From positions 1 through 60,561 of the IMG/VR virus record IMGVR_UViG_3300037488_001994: DNA of 60,561 bases; one strand, given 5' to 3'. Source of the stretch: a virus. Lineage: Duplodnaviria; Caudoviricetes. Below are positions 20,030 to 29,846 of the stretch, piece after piece (the stretch's first letter is position 1; each line of letters begins with the position of its first letter). The translations under genes were made by a program, and so were the position numbers. The notes below the pieces were generated by a model. That model was not told where the DNA came from and searched no databases. It was given only the letters and a program-made list of their open reading frames with translations.

Positions 20030-20996
20030 AATTTCAAACGAAGATTATCACAATGGCGAAACTTATCGTGAGTTTCAGTCTTCCACGCACTTAAAGCATT
20101 ATGCCATTTCTCCAAAGTATGCCAGGTACACCCAACTTAATCCTAAGTTTGAGCAAACCAAGGGTATGCAAGAGGGATCGGTATTACATGACTACCTGGC
20201 CAGCCTAACGAACTACGGTGACCTGAGAGCATTTCCCTGGATCAGTTTCGATGAACCGCCAATCAATTCAAAGACCGGTAAGGCGTATGGCAAAGATTCA
20301 GATGCTTATACCGTTGCTTTGTCTGAGTATCTGAACGCAAACCCAGGCAAAGTAATTTGTGAGCAGGGATTCATTCAGAATGTTGAGAGGATGGTAAACG
20401 AGTTGCTATACGGCAACCGGCACCTTTCTCCGGATATTCAGTTTATGATGAAGAACGGAGTGGCCGAGCAATCGCATTTCTGTGAATATGAAGGAGGATT
20501 GTGGAAATTCCGCACCGACCTTAAAACGCGGAACAAAATTGTCGATTGGAAGAAAACCACGCTGGAGAACCCAAAAGTCGAAGAGTTTCCTTCCGTAATT
20601 ATCAAATACGGATATCACATTTCCGCCGCCATGTATCAATTCTTTGATGCCGTAATTACCGGCAAATGGCGCCCTTTCTATTGGGTTGTTATCGAAAACG
20701 AACCACCTTATGATTTTACCATATTGGACTCAGAAGAATGGTCCTGGGAGATCAGCAGAGGATCGGATGGCGAACAGATTGTTCAGCCAAAGGTAGGAGC
20801 GCACCAATTTCTCGCGCTTATGCAACAACATTTACATTGTATTTCAGAGGCTTATTGGCCAGGATACAGTATTTTTATAGAACCGAATTGGAAAGGCAGA
20901 AGAATCGGCATACCTTCGGTTCCAGGTTGGTACAAAGGGAGAATCATAAACTTTTATAACGAAAAAAATGACAAAACAGGATCAGCCAGCGAATAA
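19974..20996 (+). CDS. RecE/exonuclease VIII-like PD-(D/E)XK nuclease
   Basis: YH..SSTHLK, GSVLH, KFRTD..IVDWKKT, YGYHISAAMY, IENEPPY; next to recT. Confidence 0.8.
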   Translation: MMNLPTLPHPLPYISGPDEISNEDYHNGETYREFQSSTHLKHYAISPKYARYTQLNPKFEQTKGMQEGSVLHDYLASLTNYGDLRAFPWISFDEPPINSKTGKAYGKDSDAYTVALSEYLNANPGKVICEQGFIQNVERMVNELLYGNRHLSPDIQFMMKNGVAEQSHFCEYEGGLWKFRTDLKTRNKIVDWKKTTLENPKVEEFPSVIIKYGYHISAAMYQFFDAVITGKWRPFYWVVIENEPPYDFTILDSEEWSWEISRGSDGEQIVQPKVGAHQFLALMQQHLHCISEAYWPGYSIFIEPNWKGRRIGIPSVPGWYKGRIINFYNEKNDKTGSASE

Positions 20997-21996
20997 TCCG
21001 CAGGCAGTAGCAAAGAAAAAGGCACCAATCGATTTGATGAAATTGGATGCAAAGGGATTGGCAGTACAGGCCGAGCCGGTGTTCATGGCAATGGGTTTGC
21101 CCAGGGAGCAATTCATAAGGGAAGCCGGTTACGCAATGCAGATGATGACGAAAACGCCGTATCTGTTGGAGTGTGATCGGGGAAGCCTTATCACCGCCAT
21201 TGGGAATGTGGCGCTGGCCGGCCTTACTTTATCGCCCGACAAGAAGTTGGGGTATCTTATTCCGCGCAAGGGTAGGGTATATTTCGAAACTTCCTATATG
21301 GGGAAAAAGGAAATTCTTATTCAGTCCGGTTCCGTCAGGGATGTATGGGCCAACCTGGTCCATGAGAATGATGAATTTATTCCGGTGGAGGGATCGGAAC
21401 GGAAACTGATCCACAACCTTCCGCGAAATCCGTTTGATGCCAAGGCCAGGGGGAAGGTGATCGGTGGCTATTGGTGTGCCGTTCTTCCCAATGGGGAAAG
21501 ACCTTTTGGCCTTATCAGTATTGACCGGATCAATGAGATCATGGCGCGGTCCGAGAGTGTGAAAGCGAAAAAGGGGCCAACTGCCTGGGATACGGATTTT
21601 GAAGAAATGGCCAAGAAAACTCTTATCAACAACGCCTATAAGTATCTTCCGAAAACAAATATTTCGGATAGCGTTATGGCGATCCTGGATATTGAGGCCG
21701 AGAACGACAATGAGGATTATGCTGAACTTCGCAAGGCCCAGGCGGTTGAAACGGCCAAACAGAAGGATCATTTTGACGATGACGGTCCGGCGAATCGTGA
21801 AATATATTCCGAGTATGCAGAGGTTGTTCCGGAACCGGCCAAGAAAAAAACTCCGGTTACCGATGTGAAGGAAATGACCGCCGAGGAAATTGAGGCTGAT
21901 ATGCTGGCCATGGAGCGCGGTGATGTGGCCGAACAGATGAAACTACAAGGAGAGGCCAAGTTGACTTCCGCCATCAAGAAACCGAAACCCCAATAG
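20968..21996 (+). CDS. recT: RecT-family single-strand annealing protein
   Basis: SLITAIGNVALAGLTL..GYLIPR..SYMG, VHENDEF, WDTDFEEMAKKT. Confidence 0.88.
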   Translation: MTKQDQPANNPQAVAKKKAPIDLMKLDAKGLAVQAEPVFMAMGLPREQFIREAGYAMQMMTKTPYLLECDRGSLITAIGNVALAGLTLSPDKKLGYLIPRKGRVYFETSYMGKKEILIQSGSVRDVWANLVHENDEFIPVEGSERKLIHNLPRNPFDAKARGKVIGGYWCAVLPNGERPFGLISIDRINEIMARSESVKAKKGPTAWDTDFEEMAKKTLINNAYKYLPKTNISDSVMAILDIEAENDNEDYAELRKAQAVETAKQKDHFDDDGPANREIYSEYAEVVPEPAKKKTPVTDVKEMTAEEIEADMLAMERGDVAEQMKLQGEAKLTSAIKKPKPQ

Positions 21997-22017
21997 GAAT
22001 CTTAATTTTAAATTGAT

Positions 22018-22449
22018 ATGATCCCACAAAAACTGTTTGAAGGACGCGGAAACGCGGAACGGCTGGAATTGTTGGAAAACAACATGCTCCGGCAAACCGA
22101 GAGAACCTACCAAAAGGATTTCACCCAGGAGGAGGTTGACGAATTTAAAACTATCATGTCCGAGGATATGATTAAGTTGGATGCCATTGAGGACGAGTTG
22201 GCCGAAGTGAAAAAGGAGTTTAAGGCCAAAATGGAACCGTTGCAGAAGAACATTAAAGGCTTGTTGACCTTTATCAAATTCAAGTCACGCCAGGTTACCG
22301 AGCAAGTTTACTTGTTCGATTATCAGGAGGAGGGCATGATGGCAAGTTATAATTCAGATGGTGACCTTGTGGACACCAGGAGGCTCACGCCTGCCGAAAA
22401 GCAGACGAATATTATGTCAATCATTCGCAAAACCGGAACGGAGGAGTAA
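22018..22449 (+). CDS. Phage coiled-coil hypothetical protein
   Basis: 143-aa ORF in the operon; coiled-coil pattern. Confidence 0.55.
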   Translation: MIPQKLFEGRGNAERLELLENNMLRQTERTYQKDFTQEEVDEFKTIMSEDMIKLDAIEDELAEVKKEFKAKMEPLQKNIKGLLTFIKFKSRQVTEQVYLFDYQEEGMMASYNSDGDLVDTRRLTPAEKQTNIMSIIRKTGTEE

Positions 22450-22450
22450 T

Positions 22451-23245
22451 ATGAATAAAGAAGTCCATATTCAACTTGTGCCGGTGAATGATCGCATTAA
22501 AATCACCGAGGAAGTCCGTACCGGCGCCCTGCCAGCAATAAAGGATTTAATAACACTAAAGATTGTTGGAACAATCCTGGCTCCATTTCAGTATTTGGAT
22601 CACATGAACAGACTAAACGAGGTTGATAAGCCGGTTGAGGGAGAAGAGAACACCTTTCGTATTGATCGGTCCTTAACTCACGCCCTGGTGGACCTGGAGA
22701 ACCAGCGTATCCGGCTCAATGTCAACAAGAACAAAGAGTATAACCAGGGTTATCAGGCCATTATTGCCGGTGAATTAATGTTGTCCGGCGATTTAAAGCG
22801 GTTCAATATTAACGAGGATGATGAAATGTCACCGCGTAAGATGGCCGACAAACTGAAAAGGTTGAAAATCTTTTTCAAAGACCCCAATCAGAACCATGAA
22901 ATTGTCAGCGCACTTATGAACCTGGTTGGTAAATCCACAAAGGATTTTAGCCGGTCGGAAGACAATCGCGGAAACCTAAAGGCTTCATTGGACAAAAAGG
23001 TGAACACGAATCTTCCGGAAACCTTTACCCTATCAGTACCGATATTTGAGGGATTTCCACCGCTTACCTTCCAGGTGGAAATTGGGGTGGACGAAAGGGA
23101 TGGAGGCCTGAGTGTGTGGCTGGAGTCAACCGAATTGTTTTCCCTTATGATTGAAATGAGGGATAAGGCCATAAGTACAGAAGTGGCCGCACTTGAAAAA
23201 AATGGTATCCTGGTTTTGTTCGTAAACCCAGGAGCGAAAGAGTAA
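22451..23245 (+). CDS. Hypothetical protein, DUF2303/YfdQ-like C-terminus
   Basis: Likely start ATG 22451 just after the upstream stop; LPETFTLSVPIFEG resembles the family C-terminus. Confidence 0.45.
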   Translation: MNKEVHIQLVPVNDRIKITEEVRTGALPAIKDLITLKIVGTILAPFQYLDHMNRLNEVDKPVEGEENTFRIDRSLTHALVDLENQRIRLNVNKNKEYNQGYQAIIAGELMLSGDLKRFNINEDDEMSPRKMADKLKRLKIFFKDPNQNHEIVSALMNLVGKSTKDFSRSEDNRGNLKASLDKKVNTNLPETFTLSVPIFEGFPPLTFQVEIGVDERDGGLSVWLESTELFSLMIEMRDKAISTEVAALEKNGILVLFVNPGAKE

Positions 23246-23301
23246 CCGTTGAAAGATGGTTAGGCAAAGGGATAAAACTGACCCGAAAGGGGAATATGGG
23301 G

Positions 23302-23336
23302 CCGGTTGTTTTCAGTCAACCGGACTTTTTTTCTTT
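23302..23336 (+). terminator. Intrinsic terminator
   Basis: CCGGTTG / CAACCGG stem followed by a T-run. Confidence 0.6.
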
Positions 23337-23353
23337 ACCAAATAACGACACCA

Positions 23354-23827
23354 ATGGAATTATCATTTTACAGTATTCCTGGGATTGAGGAGCCAATGGA
23401 TCAGTTTATTGAAAGAACCCTTGTATCCGTTTTCGGGGTACCTATGGAGAATATTATGATTAAGAAACGGAGTAAGCACCTGGTTATTCCGAGAATGAGT
23501 TATGTTACCGCCATGTGCCGGTATAACGGAAATACCCAATGGGGAATGAGTTCTCTTATTTTTGATCGTTGGGGTATAAATTATGACCATTCCACCGTTC
23601 ACCATGCCGAGGAAACCATTGAGGGGGTATATCTTCCAGGGAAAGTATCAAACGCCACCGATAGAATTTTCGCTGGTAAGGTTCAAGAGTTTTTTGAAAT
23701 AGTTAAGTCAGAGTATAAACGCCAGCATCAAAAGAGAAGCAATGAAAATAACAGTTCAATCAGAACCGGTGAGCGAATCAGAATTGCAGAAATTAATATG
23801 CTGGTTGCTAAAGGTAAATTATCCTAA
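23354..23827 (+). CDS. DnaA C-terminal-like HTH DNA-binding protein
   Basis: KKRSKHLVIPR..DHSTVHHA resembles DnaA domain IV; likely start ATG 23354. Confidence 0.6.
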   Translation: MELSFYSIPGIEEPMDQFIERTLVSVFGVPMENIMIKKRSKHLVIPRMSYVTAMCRYNGNTQWGMSSLIFDRWGINYDHSTVHHAEETIEGVYLPGKVSNATDRIFAGKVQEFFEIVKSEYKRQHQKRSNENNSSIRTGERIRIAEINMLVAKGKLS

Positions 23828-24194
23828 CCTGATTTTCTTTTCCGATTTGTCGGGTGTTCGCCTGGGTTGGAAGTTGGCCAAGCAAATAAAGGATTTAAAA
23901 TGCGACCGTGGCATTCCGGACCTTTGGATTATAAAACGGATTGACCCTTACCCTGGCCTTGTCCTGGAATTAAAAACAACCATAAATACCCCATTTCTTA
24001 AAGATGGAACCATAAGCAAGGACAAGCATGTTCAAGAGCAAGTTGCCGTAATGAGAAGCATCACCAAGGAGGGTTATTTGGTACTCTTCGGAGTTGGTAT
24101 TAATGACTCCGTGAAGATCATTGAAATGTATATGATAGGCGATATTGTTGGGATATTGGAACTTTTAAAGGATAAAAACCAAAAGTATGATTAA
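23742..24194 (+). CDS. VRR-NUC-type nuclease / resolvase
   Basis: ESELQ..GIPDLWI..LVLELK..EQ pattern. Confidence 0.7.
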   Translation: MKITVQSEPVSESELQKLICWLLKVNYPNLIFFSDLSGVRLGWKLAKQIKDLKCDRGIPDLWIIKRIDPYPGLVLELKTTINTPFLKDGTISKDKHVQEQVAVMRSITKEGYLVLFGVGINDSVKIIEMYMIGDIVGILELLKDKNQKYD

Positions 24195-24639
24195 GACCTA
24201 CCTTCGGGTGCTGGATGATGGCCGGCACATAATTGAGAAAGAGGAAACATTCAATATGAATGTTCTCAACCTGGAGCCTTGTCTGTATGTGATTACCATT
24301 GATAAAGCCAAAAGTAAACGATCAATTTTGCAGAATAGTTACTATTGGGCCGTGGTATTGGGTGCATTTTTGGAGGGTTACCGCGATACCAATGGAGAGG
24401 AAATTTCCAAAGAGGAGGCCCATGAAACCCTTAAAATGGAGTTGAACTACAAAACCATATCCAACGAGGAAACCGGTGAGGTTGTTCGCATACCCAAGTC
24501 CACGGCAGATATCAATACCAAGGAGTTTTCCGAGTATGTGGAGAAGTGCCGGAGGTTTATATCTGAATGGTTTGGAGTTGAAACACCGGACCCTGATCCA
24601 GCCTACCGAGTGAAAATCCATAAAGGTTACACGCCATGA
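24187..24639 (+). CDS. NinB-like recombination protein
   Basis: KRSILQNSYYW, HETLK, STADINTKEFSEYVE, PDP. Confidence 0.65.
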   Translation: MIKTYLRVLDDGRHIIEKEETFNMNVLNLEPCLYVITIDKAKSKRSILQNSYYWAVVLGAFLEGYRDTNGEEISKEEAHETLKMELNYKTISNEETGEVVRIPKSTADINTKEFSEYVEKCRRFISEWFGVETPDPDPAYRVKIHKGYTP

Positions 24640-25481
24640 AATCCGGTTGGGTAAAAAATCACCGAGCGATTGAGGAGTGGGAATGGTACACGGCCGATCA
24701 CATGGCACACCTATTCCAACACCTTATCAGAAATGCCAATCATGAGGATAAAACCTGGCAAGGGAAAGTGATTAAAAGGGGGCAACTTGTTACCGGAAGA
24801 ATTGCATTATCTGAACAAACAGGCATTTCAGAACAGTCAATTCGCACTTGCCTAAATAGGCTAAAATCAACCAGCGAAATAACCATCGAAACAACCAACA
24901 AATTTAGTATCATAACTATCAATAAATATGAGGATTATCAAAATCCTGACGAGGCAGACAACCAAGTGATTAACCAGCAATCTAACCAACAACTAACCAA
25001 CAATCAACCAACAACTAACCAACAACTAACCACAAACAAGAATGATAAGAATGTAAAGAATGATAAGAAGAAGAATAAGAAGACCGGCCAAACAAGTTTG
25101 CCGGTGGCAAAAACAGATCATTTGGGTGATATGCTGAAAGAATTTCAAGAGGCATATTTAGTAAATGGTGATGAATATATTGTTTTGAACCCAGGGAAAG
25201 AAAGAGAGGCCATGGGAAAATTGGCCGCGTTTTACAAAAAAAAATATCCTGACCACAATTCAGCACAGGCATTAATCGGAATGAGGGCATTTTTTGATAA
25301 CTGCATGCAGATAAGTGAACCATGGTTGCGTGATAACATGAGTCCATCTATCATAATCAGCAAGTTAAACGAAATTAATAAGATTCTAAAAAATGGAAAT
25401 CAACGACAAACCGGTAAAGTTGGAGCAACTGACAGAGAACTTGCAGAACTTATCGCCCGTAAGAACAACATCCGAAGGTAG
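24636..25481 (+). CDS. Phage replication initiator (lambda O-like)
   Basis: GWVKNHRAI..WEWY, RGQLVTG..LS..TG.S..SIRTCL wHTH, NKFSIITINKYEDYQ; internal iterons. Confidence 0.82.
   Translation: MKSGWVKNHRAIEEWEWYTADHMAHLFQHLIRNANHEDKTWQGKVIKRGQLVTGRIALSEQTGISEQSIRTCLNRLKSTSEITIETTNKFSIITINKYEDYQNPDEADNQVINQQSNQQLTNNQPTTNQQLTTNKNDKNVKNDKKKNKKTGQTSLPVAKTDHLGDMLKEFQEAYLVNGDEYIVLNPGKEREAMGKLAAFYKKKYPDHNSAQALIGMRAFFDNCMQISEPWLRDNMSPSIIISKLNEINKILKNGNQRQTGKVGATDRELAELIARKNNIRR
24971..25035. repeat. Tandem ~12-bp repeats (TAACCAACAAC-like), probable replication-origin iterons
   Basis: About five imperfect copies inside the initiator gene, followed by an A-rich tract, as in lambdoid origins. Confidence 0.65.
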
Positions 25482-25854
25482 TACAGTAACGATCTATGTT
25501 CCGGACGAGATAAGTATCCAGGCGCAAATTGAGGCCGTCAAAACGCTTAAAAATGCCTTCCCTGCCCTTCCGATGGGTTTTTATGACATAATGATCGACC
25601 GCATGAGGGCAAATGGTTTTAACGAGCAAAGGTTAATGGATGCCGTGGCAAATGTTATTGATACTTGCGTTTATCCGACACCGACCATTGCAACCCTTAT
25701 TTCCTGGGATCGCAGGGTAAAACTTTACACCTGGGCCGAGGTTACTGACATGATCGATAAGGGAGCAAAAATGAGTGACTTCATCATTCGTGAGTACAAC
25801 GGAGAGAAATTCCGGATATTGAAAACTGATGCAATTAAATTTGGGATGCTATGA
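25393..25854 (+). CDS. Putative helicase loader / replication accessory protein
   Basis: Overlaps the initiator end; LKNAFP..RLMDAV..YPTPTIA. Confidence 0.5.
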   Translation: MEINDKPVKLEQLTENLQNLSPVRTTSEGSTVTIYVPDEISIQAQIEAVKTLKNAFPALPMGFYDIMIDRMRANGFNEQRLMDAVANVIDTCVYPTPTIATLISWDRRVKLYTWAEVTDMIDKGAKMSDFIIREYNGEKFRILKTDAIKFGML

Positions 25855-26039
25855 CCAATACTGAGGAAGATATCATTTGGGAAGAACACATTCAATCCCT
25901 TATTGATCGTGAGAAAGATAAATGGAATACTGATAATTCCTGGCTGAAACACAAATATGCCTATACGATCCGAGTGCTGGAGGAATTATTGGGCCAGCGA
26001 CAGAATGAGGAGTTGTGGACTAAAAAACTGATAAAATGA
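25851..26039 (+). CDS. Hypothetical protein
   Basis: ATGA overlaps on both sides. Confidence 0.5.
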   Translation: MTNTEEDIIWEEHIQSLIDREKDKWNTDNSWLKHKYAYTIRVLEELLGQRQNEELWTKKLIK

Positions 26040-26626
26040 AGCGTACAAAGTTATTGGACTGCGGGTACACGAACCCGAATGAATCGACCCAACCAACTCC
26101 CATCCCCGCAACGGAGCGAGAGCGAAAGATCGTGATTGAATCTATGGAGTTTTACCAAAATTCTATATTGAATTGGTTTGACCCTATTCTTTGGGATGAG
26201 TTTTTTGAATCCGAAGCCTATCAATCTATCCCACCAGCACAACCGGAGGGGATCAGTCGGGAAGCAGAATCATTACCAAGTGACTATACTGTTAGAGTAC
26301 CATTTAAAACCAATCAACCGAAGCAGACAGAGCCGAGCATTCCGGTCAGCGAGCCTATTGATCCGAGCAAGTCGGCATTTGATCTTCTGCAAAAATACCA
26401 TGATTTTATACAAGCGAATGGAGAAAAACCATCTGAATACATTGAAGATCGGATATTACAAGCCATGCAAGCCTATGCCGATCAGCGTGATCAGTATTGG
26501 CGTGATCGCATCCAGACCGCTTATGATAAAATGGATAAGGACGGCACATTTAGAAATGCCAAGATCGTGTTAACTAAACTACTGAAACCATTAAAAAGAA
26601 ATCATGAACCACTACCGAATGTCTGA
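26036..26626 (+). CDS. Hypothetical protein
   Basis: 196-aa ORF coupled to its neighbours. Confidence 0.5.
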   Translation: MKRTKLLDCGYTNPNESTQPTPIPATERERKIVIESMEFYQNSILNWFDPILWDEFFESEAYQSIPPAQPEGISREAESLPSDYTVRVPFKTNQPKQTEPSIPVSEPIDPSKSAFDLLQKYHDFIQANGEKPSEYIEDRILQAMQAYADQRDQYWRDRIQTAYDKMDKDGTFRNAKIVLTKLLKPLKRNHEPLPNV

Positions 26627-26900
26627 CGGAACCAGGATATCAAAAAGGAATATTGACCGGCTGGTTCACCAGGCAAAAGGCGAAGTGCTGGCCGACCAGG
26701 TGGAAGAGTATGGATACAACTTTTGTACCGTCTGTAAGCAGAACGATTGTCTGCCGGTAACTTGTATGCACCTGGTTTCTGTTGACCGGTGCCAAAAGGA
26801 GGGCCGAGCAGAATTAGCCTGGGATAAAACGAACATTGTTCCGGCCGGCCAGCCTTGTCATGCTAAATACGATGGGAATAATATAGGAGGAAACAAATAA
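26604..26900 (+). CDS. NinG/HNH-like zinc-binding nuclease
   Basis: CTVC..HLVS..AWDKTNI..CH. Confidence 0.55.
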   Translation: MNHYRMSDGTRISKRNIDRLVHQAKGEVLADQVEEYGYNFCTVCKQNDCLPVTCMHLVSVDRCQKEGRAELAWDKTNIVPAGQPCHAKYDGNNIGGNK

Positions 26901-27157
26901 TGGCCGCACCAGCAGGGATGATAATTAGTTTTGATCCGCTTTTGGATTCAGTTAATGAGGCTATTGATAGAATGAAACCATCTTCATATCCGGTGGATGA
27001 TTGGTTACGCGCTACCGCCAGGACCATGAAAGAACAACAAGCGTTAAAAGATAATCCGCCGGCACGATCATTACACAATGATACCCAGGGATTTTTTGAG
27101 GAGTATAACAAGTTTGTAAAGAATTTAGAAGAGCAATCAAAAATAAACCACTATTAA
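26900..27157 (+). CDS. Hypothetical protein
   Basis: TAATG overlaps on both sides. Confidence 0.5.
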   Translation: MAAPAGMIISFDPLLDSVNEAIDRMKPSSYPVDDWLRATARTMKEQQALKDNPPARSLHNDTQGFFEEYNKFVKNLEEQSKINHY

Positions 27158-27870
27158 TGGCAACAACAAAAATTCAATGGACGGATAAGGTTTGGAACCC
27201 TATCACCGGATGCAGTAAAGTTTCTCCAGGGTGTGACAACTGTTATGCCAAGAAGATGGCCAGCCGGCTCAAAGGTAGGTTTGGATATCCGGCTGATGAA
27301 CCATTCAAAGTTACCTTTCATCCGGACCGGCTGGAGGAACCTGGCCATTGGGGTGCAAAATACAAGGTTTTTGTTTGCTCCATGAGTGATTTATTCCATG
27401 AGAGCGTGGAACCAGGATGGTTCAAAAAGATATGGGCCATTATGCGCGTGAACGAACACCTAACCTTTCAGATACTAACCAAGCGCCCTGGCCTTGCGCT
27501 GGTTACCATTGGGGTTGATCTTATTTTCCCTAAAAACATTTGGGTTGGGGTTACGGTTGAGAACCAACGGCAGGCAGATTTCCGGATACCGCTATTGAAT
27601 AAGATACCGGCACAAACCCGATTTCTTTCCGTGGAGCCGATGTTGGAGGAAATTGACCTATCCGGACACCTGGATAAAATCGATTGGGTAATATGTGGCG
27701 CGGAAACCGGACAGAAAGCCAGGAAGTTTGATCCTTATTGGGCAATTAAAATCCAGGTTCAATGCAGGGATGCCGGCATTCCTTTTTTCTTCAAGTCCTT
27801 TGGACCCAAGGCAATGCCGGAACCGCACATAAGATTATTGCTGGAGGACGAAAAAAACTTCCCAAAATAA
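27157..27870 (+). CDS. DUF5131 (phage Gp37/Gp68) family protein
   Basis: IQWTDKVWNPITGCSKVSPGCDNCYA, FVCSMSDLFH, QILTKRP, FLSVEPML, WVICGAE, PFFFK. Confidence 0.9.
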   Translation: MATTKIQWTDKVWNPITGCSKVSPGCDNCYAKKMASRLKGRFGYPADEPFKVTFHPDRLEEPGHWGAKYKVFVCSMSDLFHESVEPGWFKKIWAIMRVNEHLTFQILTKRPGLALVTIGVDLIFPKNIWVGVTVENQRQADFRIPLLNKIPAQTRFLSVEPMLEEIDLSGHLDKIDWVICGAETGQKARKFDPYWAIKIQVQCRDAGIPFFFKSFGPKAMPEPHIRLLLEDEKNFPK

Positions 27871-27881
27871 TGTAGCAAATA

Positions 27882-28388
27882 ATGGGAATACTTTTAGCCG
27901 GAACTAAAATTACTCTTAGCCTGGAGGCTCAAAATAGAATCTTACGCATGGATGATAGAATAGGAAAGCAAGACAGAAGTTATTTTGAGAAAAACTTTAA
28001 GGTTGACAAGTCTATGCCGATGGACAAAATGAATATTAATGGATTTGGAGCAGAATCAGCGTTCAACATACTTGTTGGGGTTGAATTTGATTCAACAACA
28101 AACAAATATGAAAACCATTATAAGAAAAAAGATTGCAAACTAAGGGATGGAGCCACCATTGACACCAAGCAAACCGTTTATCCCAACGGATGGCTTTTGG
28201 TTAGGTGCGGTAAAGAGCGCATGTATGTTGAAATATATACACTAATGATAGGAGTGTTCCCAACCTATATGTTTGGTGGGTTTGCGTTTTATGAGGAGAT
28301 AATAAGACCCGAAAACATTGTTGATAAAGGTCATGGACCATCTTATGGACTCCCCCAGCATAAACTTATTAAGACTTTGTATTTTTAA
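27882..28388 (+). CDS. Hypothetical protein, possible PD-(D/E)XK fold
   Basis: GFGAE..D..IDTK pattern. Confidence 0.45.
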   Translation: MGILLAGTKITLSLEAQNRILRMDDRIGKQDRSYFEKNFKVDKSMPMDKMNINGFGAESAFNILVGVEFDSTTNKYENHYKKKDCKLRDGATIDTKQTVYPNGWLLVRCGKERMYVEIYTLMIGVFPTYMFGGFAFYEEIIRPENIVDKGHGPSYGLPQHKLIKTLYF

Positions 28389-28399
28389 TTAGAAATATA

Positions 28400-28431
28400 T
28401 TTGGAAAGATGAAACCTTATTCGTAGGTTTG
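28400..28431 (+). promoter_or_regulatory. Bacteroidota housekeeping promoter
   Basis: TTTG (28400-28403) - N20 - TAGGTTTG (28424-28431). Confidence 0.75.
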
Positions 28432-28457
28432 TCGTACAAAACAAAAAACAAAAGCGG

Positions 28458-28844
28458 ATGATAACCAACTTTGAGCATGAAACAGAGCCATTATCGAAAG
28501 ACGAACTCAAATTAGCCGAGCAGTTTTCAATGTCGTTTCAGAAATATGTTGGGCCGACCAATGCGATAACGAATAAGCAGATACAGTTAAACTATCAGAA
28601 TAGCCGTGGAAAGAAGATATCTGATACCAGGATACGGAAGATCATTAACCACATTCGCGTTACCGGTATGGTATCAGGCCTTGTTGCCAGCAGTAAGGGT
28701 TATTATATAAGCCGTGATCCGGAAGAGTTAAAACGGTATATTCAAAGCCTGGATGATCGTATCATGGCAATTTCAGCAGTAAGAAACAAGACCAAGCACT
28801 ACCTAAACCTACTCACACAAAAACCCGACCCGAAATTATTTTAA
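28458..28844 (+). CDS. HTH DNA-binding protein
   Basis: ISDTRIRKIINHIR..LVASSKGYY winged-helix-like. Confidence 0.55.
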   Translation: MITNFEHETEPLSKDELKLAEQFSMSFQKYVGPTNAITNKQIQLNYQNSRGKKISDTRIRKIINHIRVTGMVSGLVASSKGYYISRDPEELKRYIQSLDDRIMAISAVRNKTKHYLNLLTQKPDPKLF

Positions 28845-28856
28845 CCTTAAATAACA

Positions 28857-29846
28857 ATGACACCAAAACCCAATGATTTAGTAAAGTTGGTTTACGAAAC
28901 CACCCTGGATATCGAGATCAAGGGAACCCTTACCGACAAATTCAAACCATTGTTCGATCAGATGGAAACCTGGAAGGTAAAAGCGGACGCCCTTGTGGTT
29001 ACCAGCGTGGATCAGGTTGCCGAAATGAAGCAGGCGCGCGAGGCCAGGTTAGCATTGAAGAATATCCGCGTGGAGGCCGACAAGACGCGGAAGTTACTGA
29101 AAGAGGACAGTTTGAAGTTTGCCAATGCCGTTCAATCGGTTTACAACATGATTGAGGAGAAGATCAAGCCTATTGAAACCCATTTGCAGACCCAGGAGAA
29201 TTTTGCCGAAACCGAAAGGCTCCGGAAGGTCACCGAACTCACCGGTATCCGGCAGGCAGAAATGGCCCCCTATACAAAGTATGTGATTCATGGGGTATTT
29301 TCCAACCTGGGAGAATTAACCGAGGAGGAATATCATATCACTTTCAATGGTGCCAAGGCTCAGTTTGATGCCGTGGCCAAAGCGGAAGAGGATCGGATCG
29401 CAAAGGCTGAACAAGATGCAAGGGATCAGGCCGAGGCAGAATTACACCGGTTAAGCCAAGAACAGGATTCCGGTCCGGTTATCAATCCGGTGAAGATTGT
29501 TTCACCGCCGGACGAGAATGGAGTTATCCATGAGCGTTACGAGGTTGGTGTTGTTGGTGGAACGCCTTATGCAAAATTCCCAGGAACACAGGAACCGCCC
29601 AAGCACATTGGAGGTATGCCGTTCCCGAAATACTCACCATCACCGGCCCAGGGGATACATGGTTACAATCCAAGCGGAACTCCTGTAAAGACCGACAAGG
29701 AGAAAATATTGGAGTTGGCCAAAACAATCGATGCTATCTATATGCCGGTAGTTACCAGCGATCCGGCCAATGCAATCCTGGTGAGCGTTAATACCCTGCT
29801 TACCAAGGTTACCACCTTCATCAAACAGAAAGCGGAAACCTTATGA
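28857..29846 (+). CDS. Phage coiled-coil protein
   Basis: AREARLALKNIRVEADKTRKLLKE..IKPIETHL. Confidence 0.55.
   Translation: MTPKPNDLVKLVYETTLDIEIKGTLTDKFKPLFDQMETWKVKADALVVTSVDQVAEMKQAREARLALKNIRVEADKTRKLLKEDSLKFANAVQSVYNMIEEKIKPIETHLQTQENFAETERLRKVTELTGIRQAEMAPYTKYVIHGVFSNLGELTEEEYHITFNGAKAQFDAVAKAEEDRIAKAEQDARDQAEAELHRLSQEQDSGPVINPVKIVSPPDENGVIHERYEVGVVGGTPYAKFPGTQEPPKHIGGMPFPKYSPSPAQGIHGYNPSGTPVKTDKEKILELAKTIDAIYMPVVTSDPANAILVSVNTLLTKVTTFIKQKAETL

Noticed and set aside
23243-23300. GGCAAA plus GAAA hairpins considered as a c-di-GMP-I riboswitch
   Set aside because: Element order is wrong and the GACGCAAA-type second half is missing
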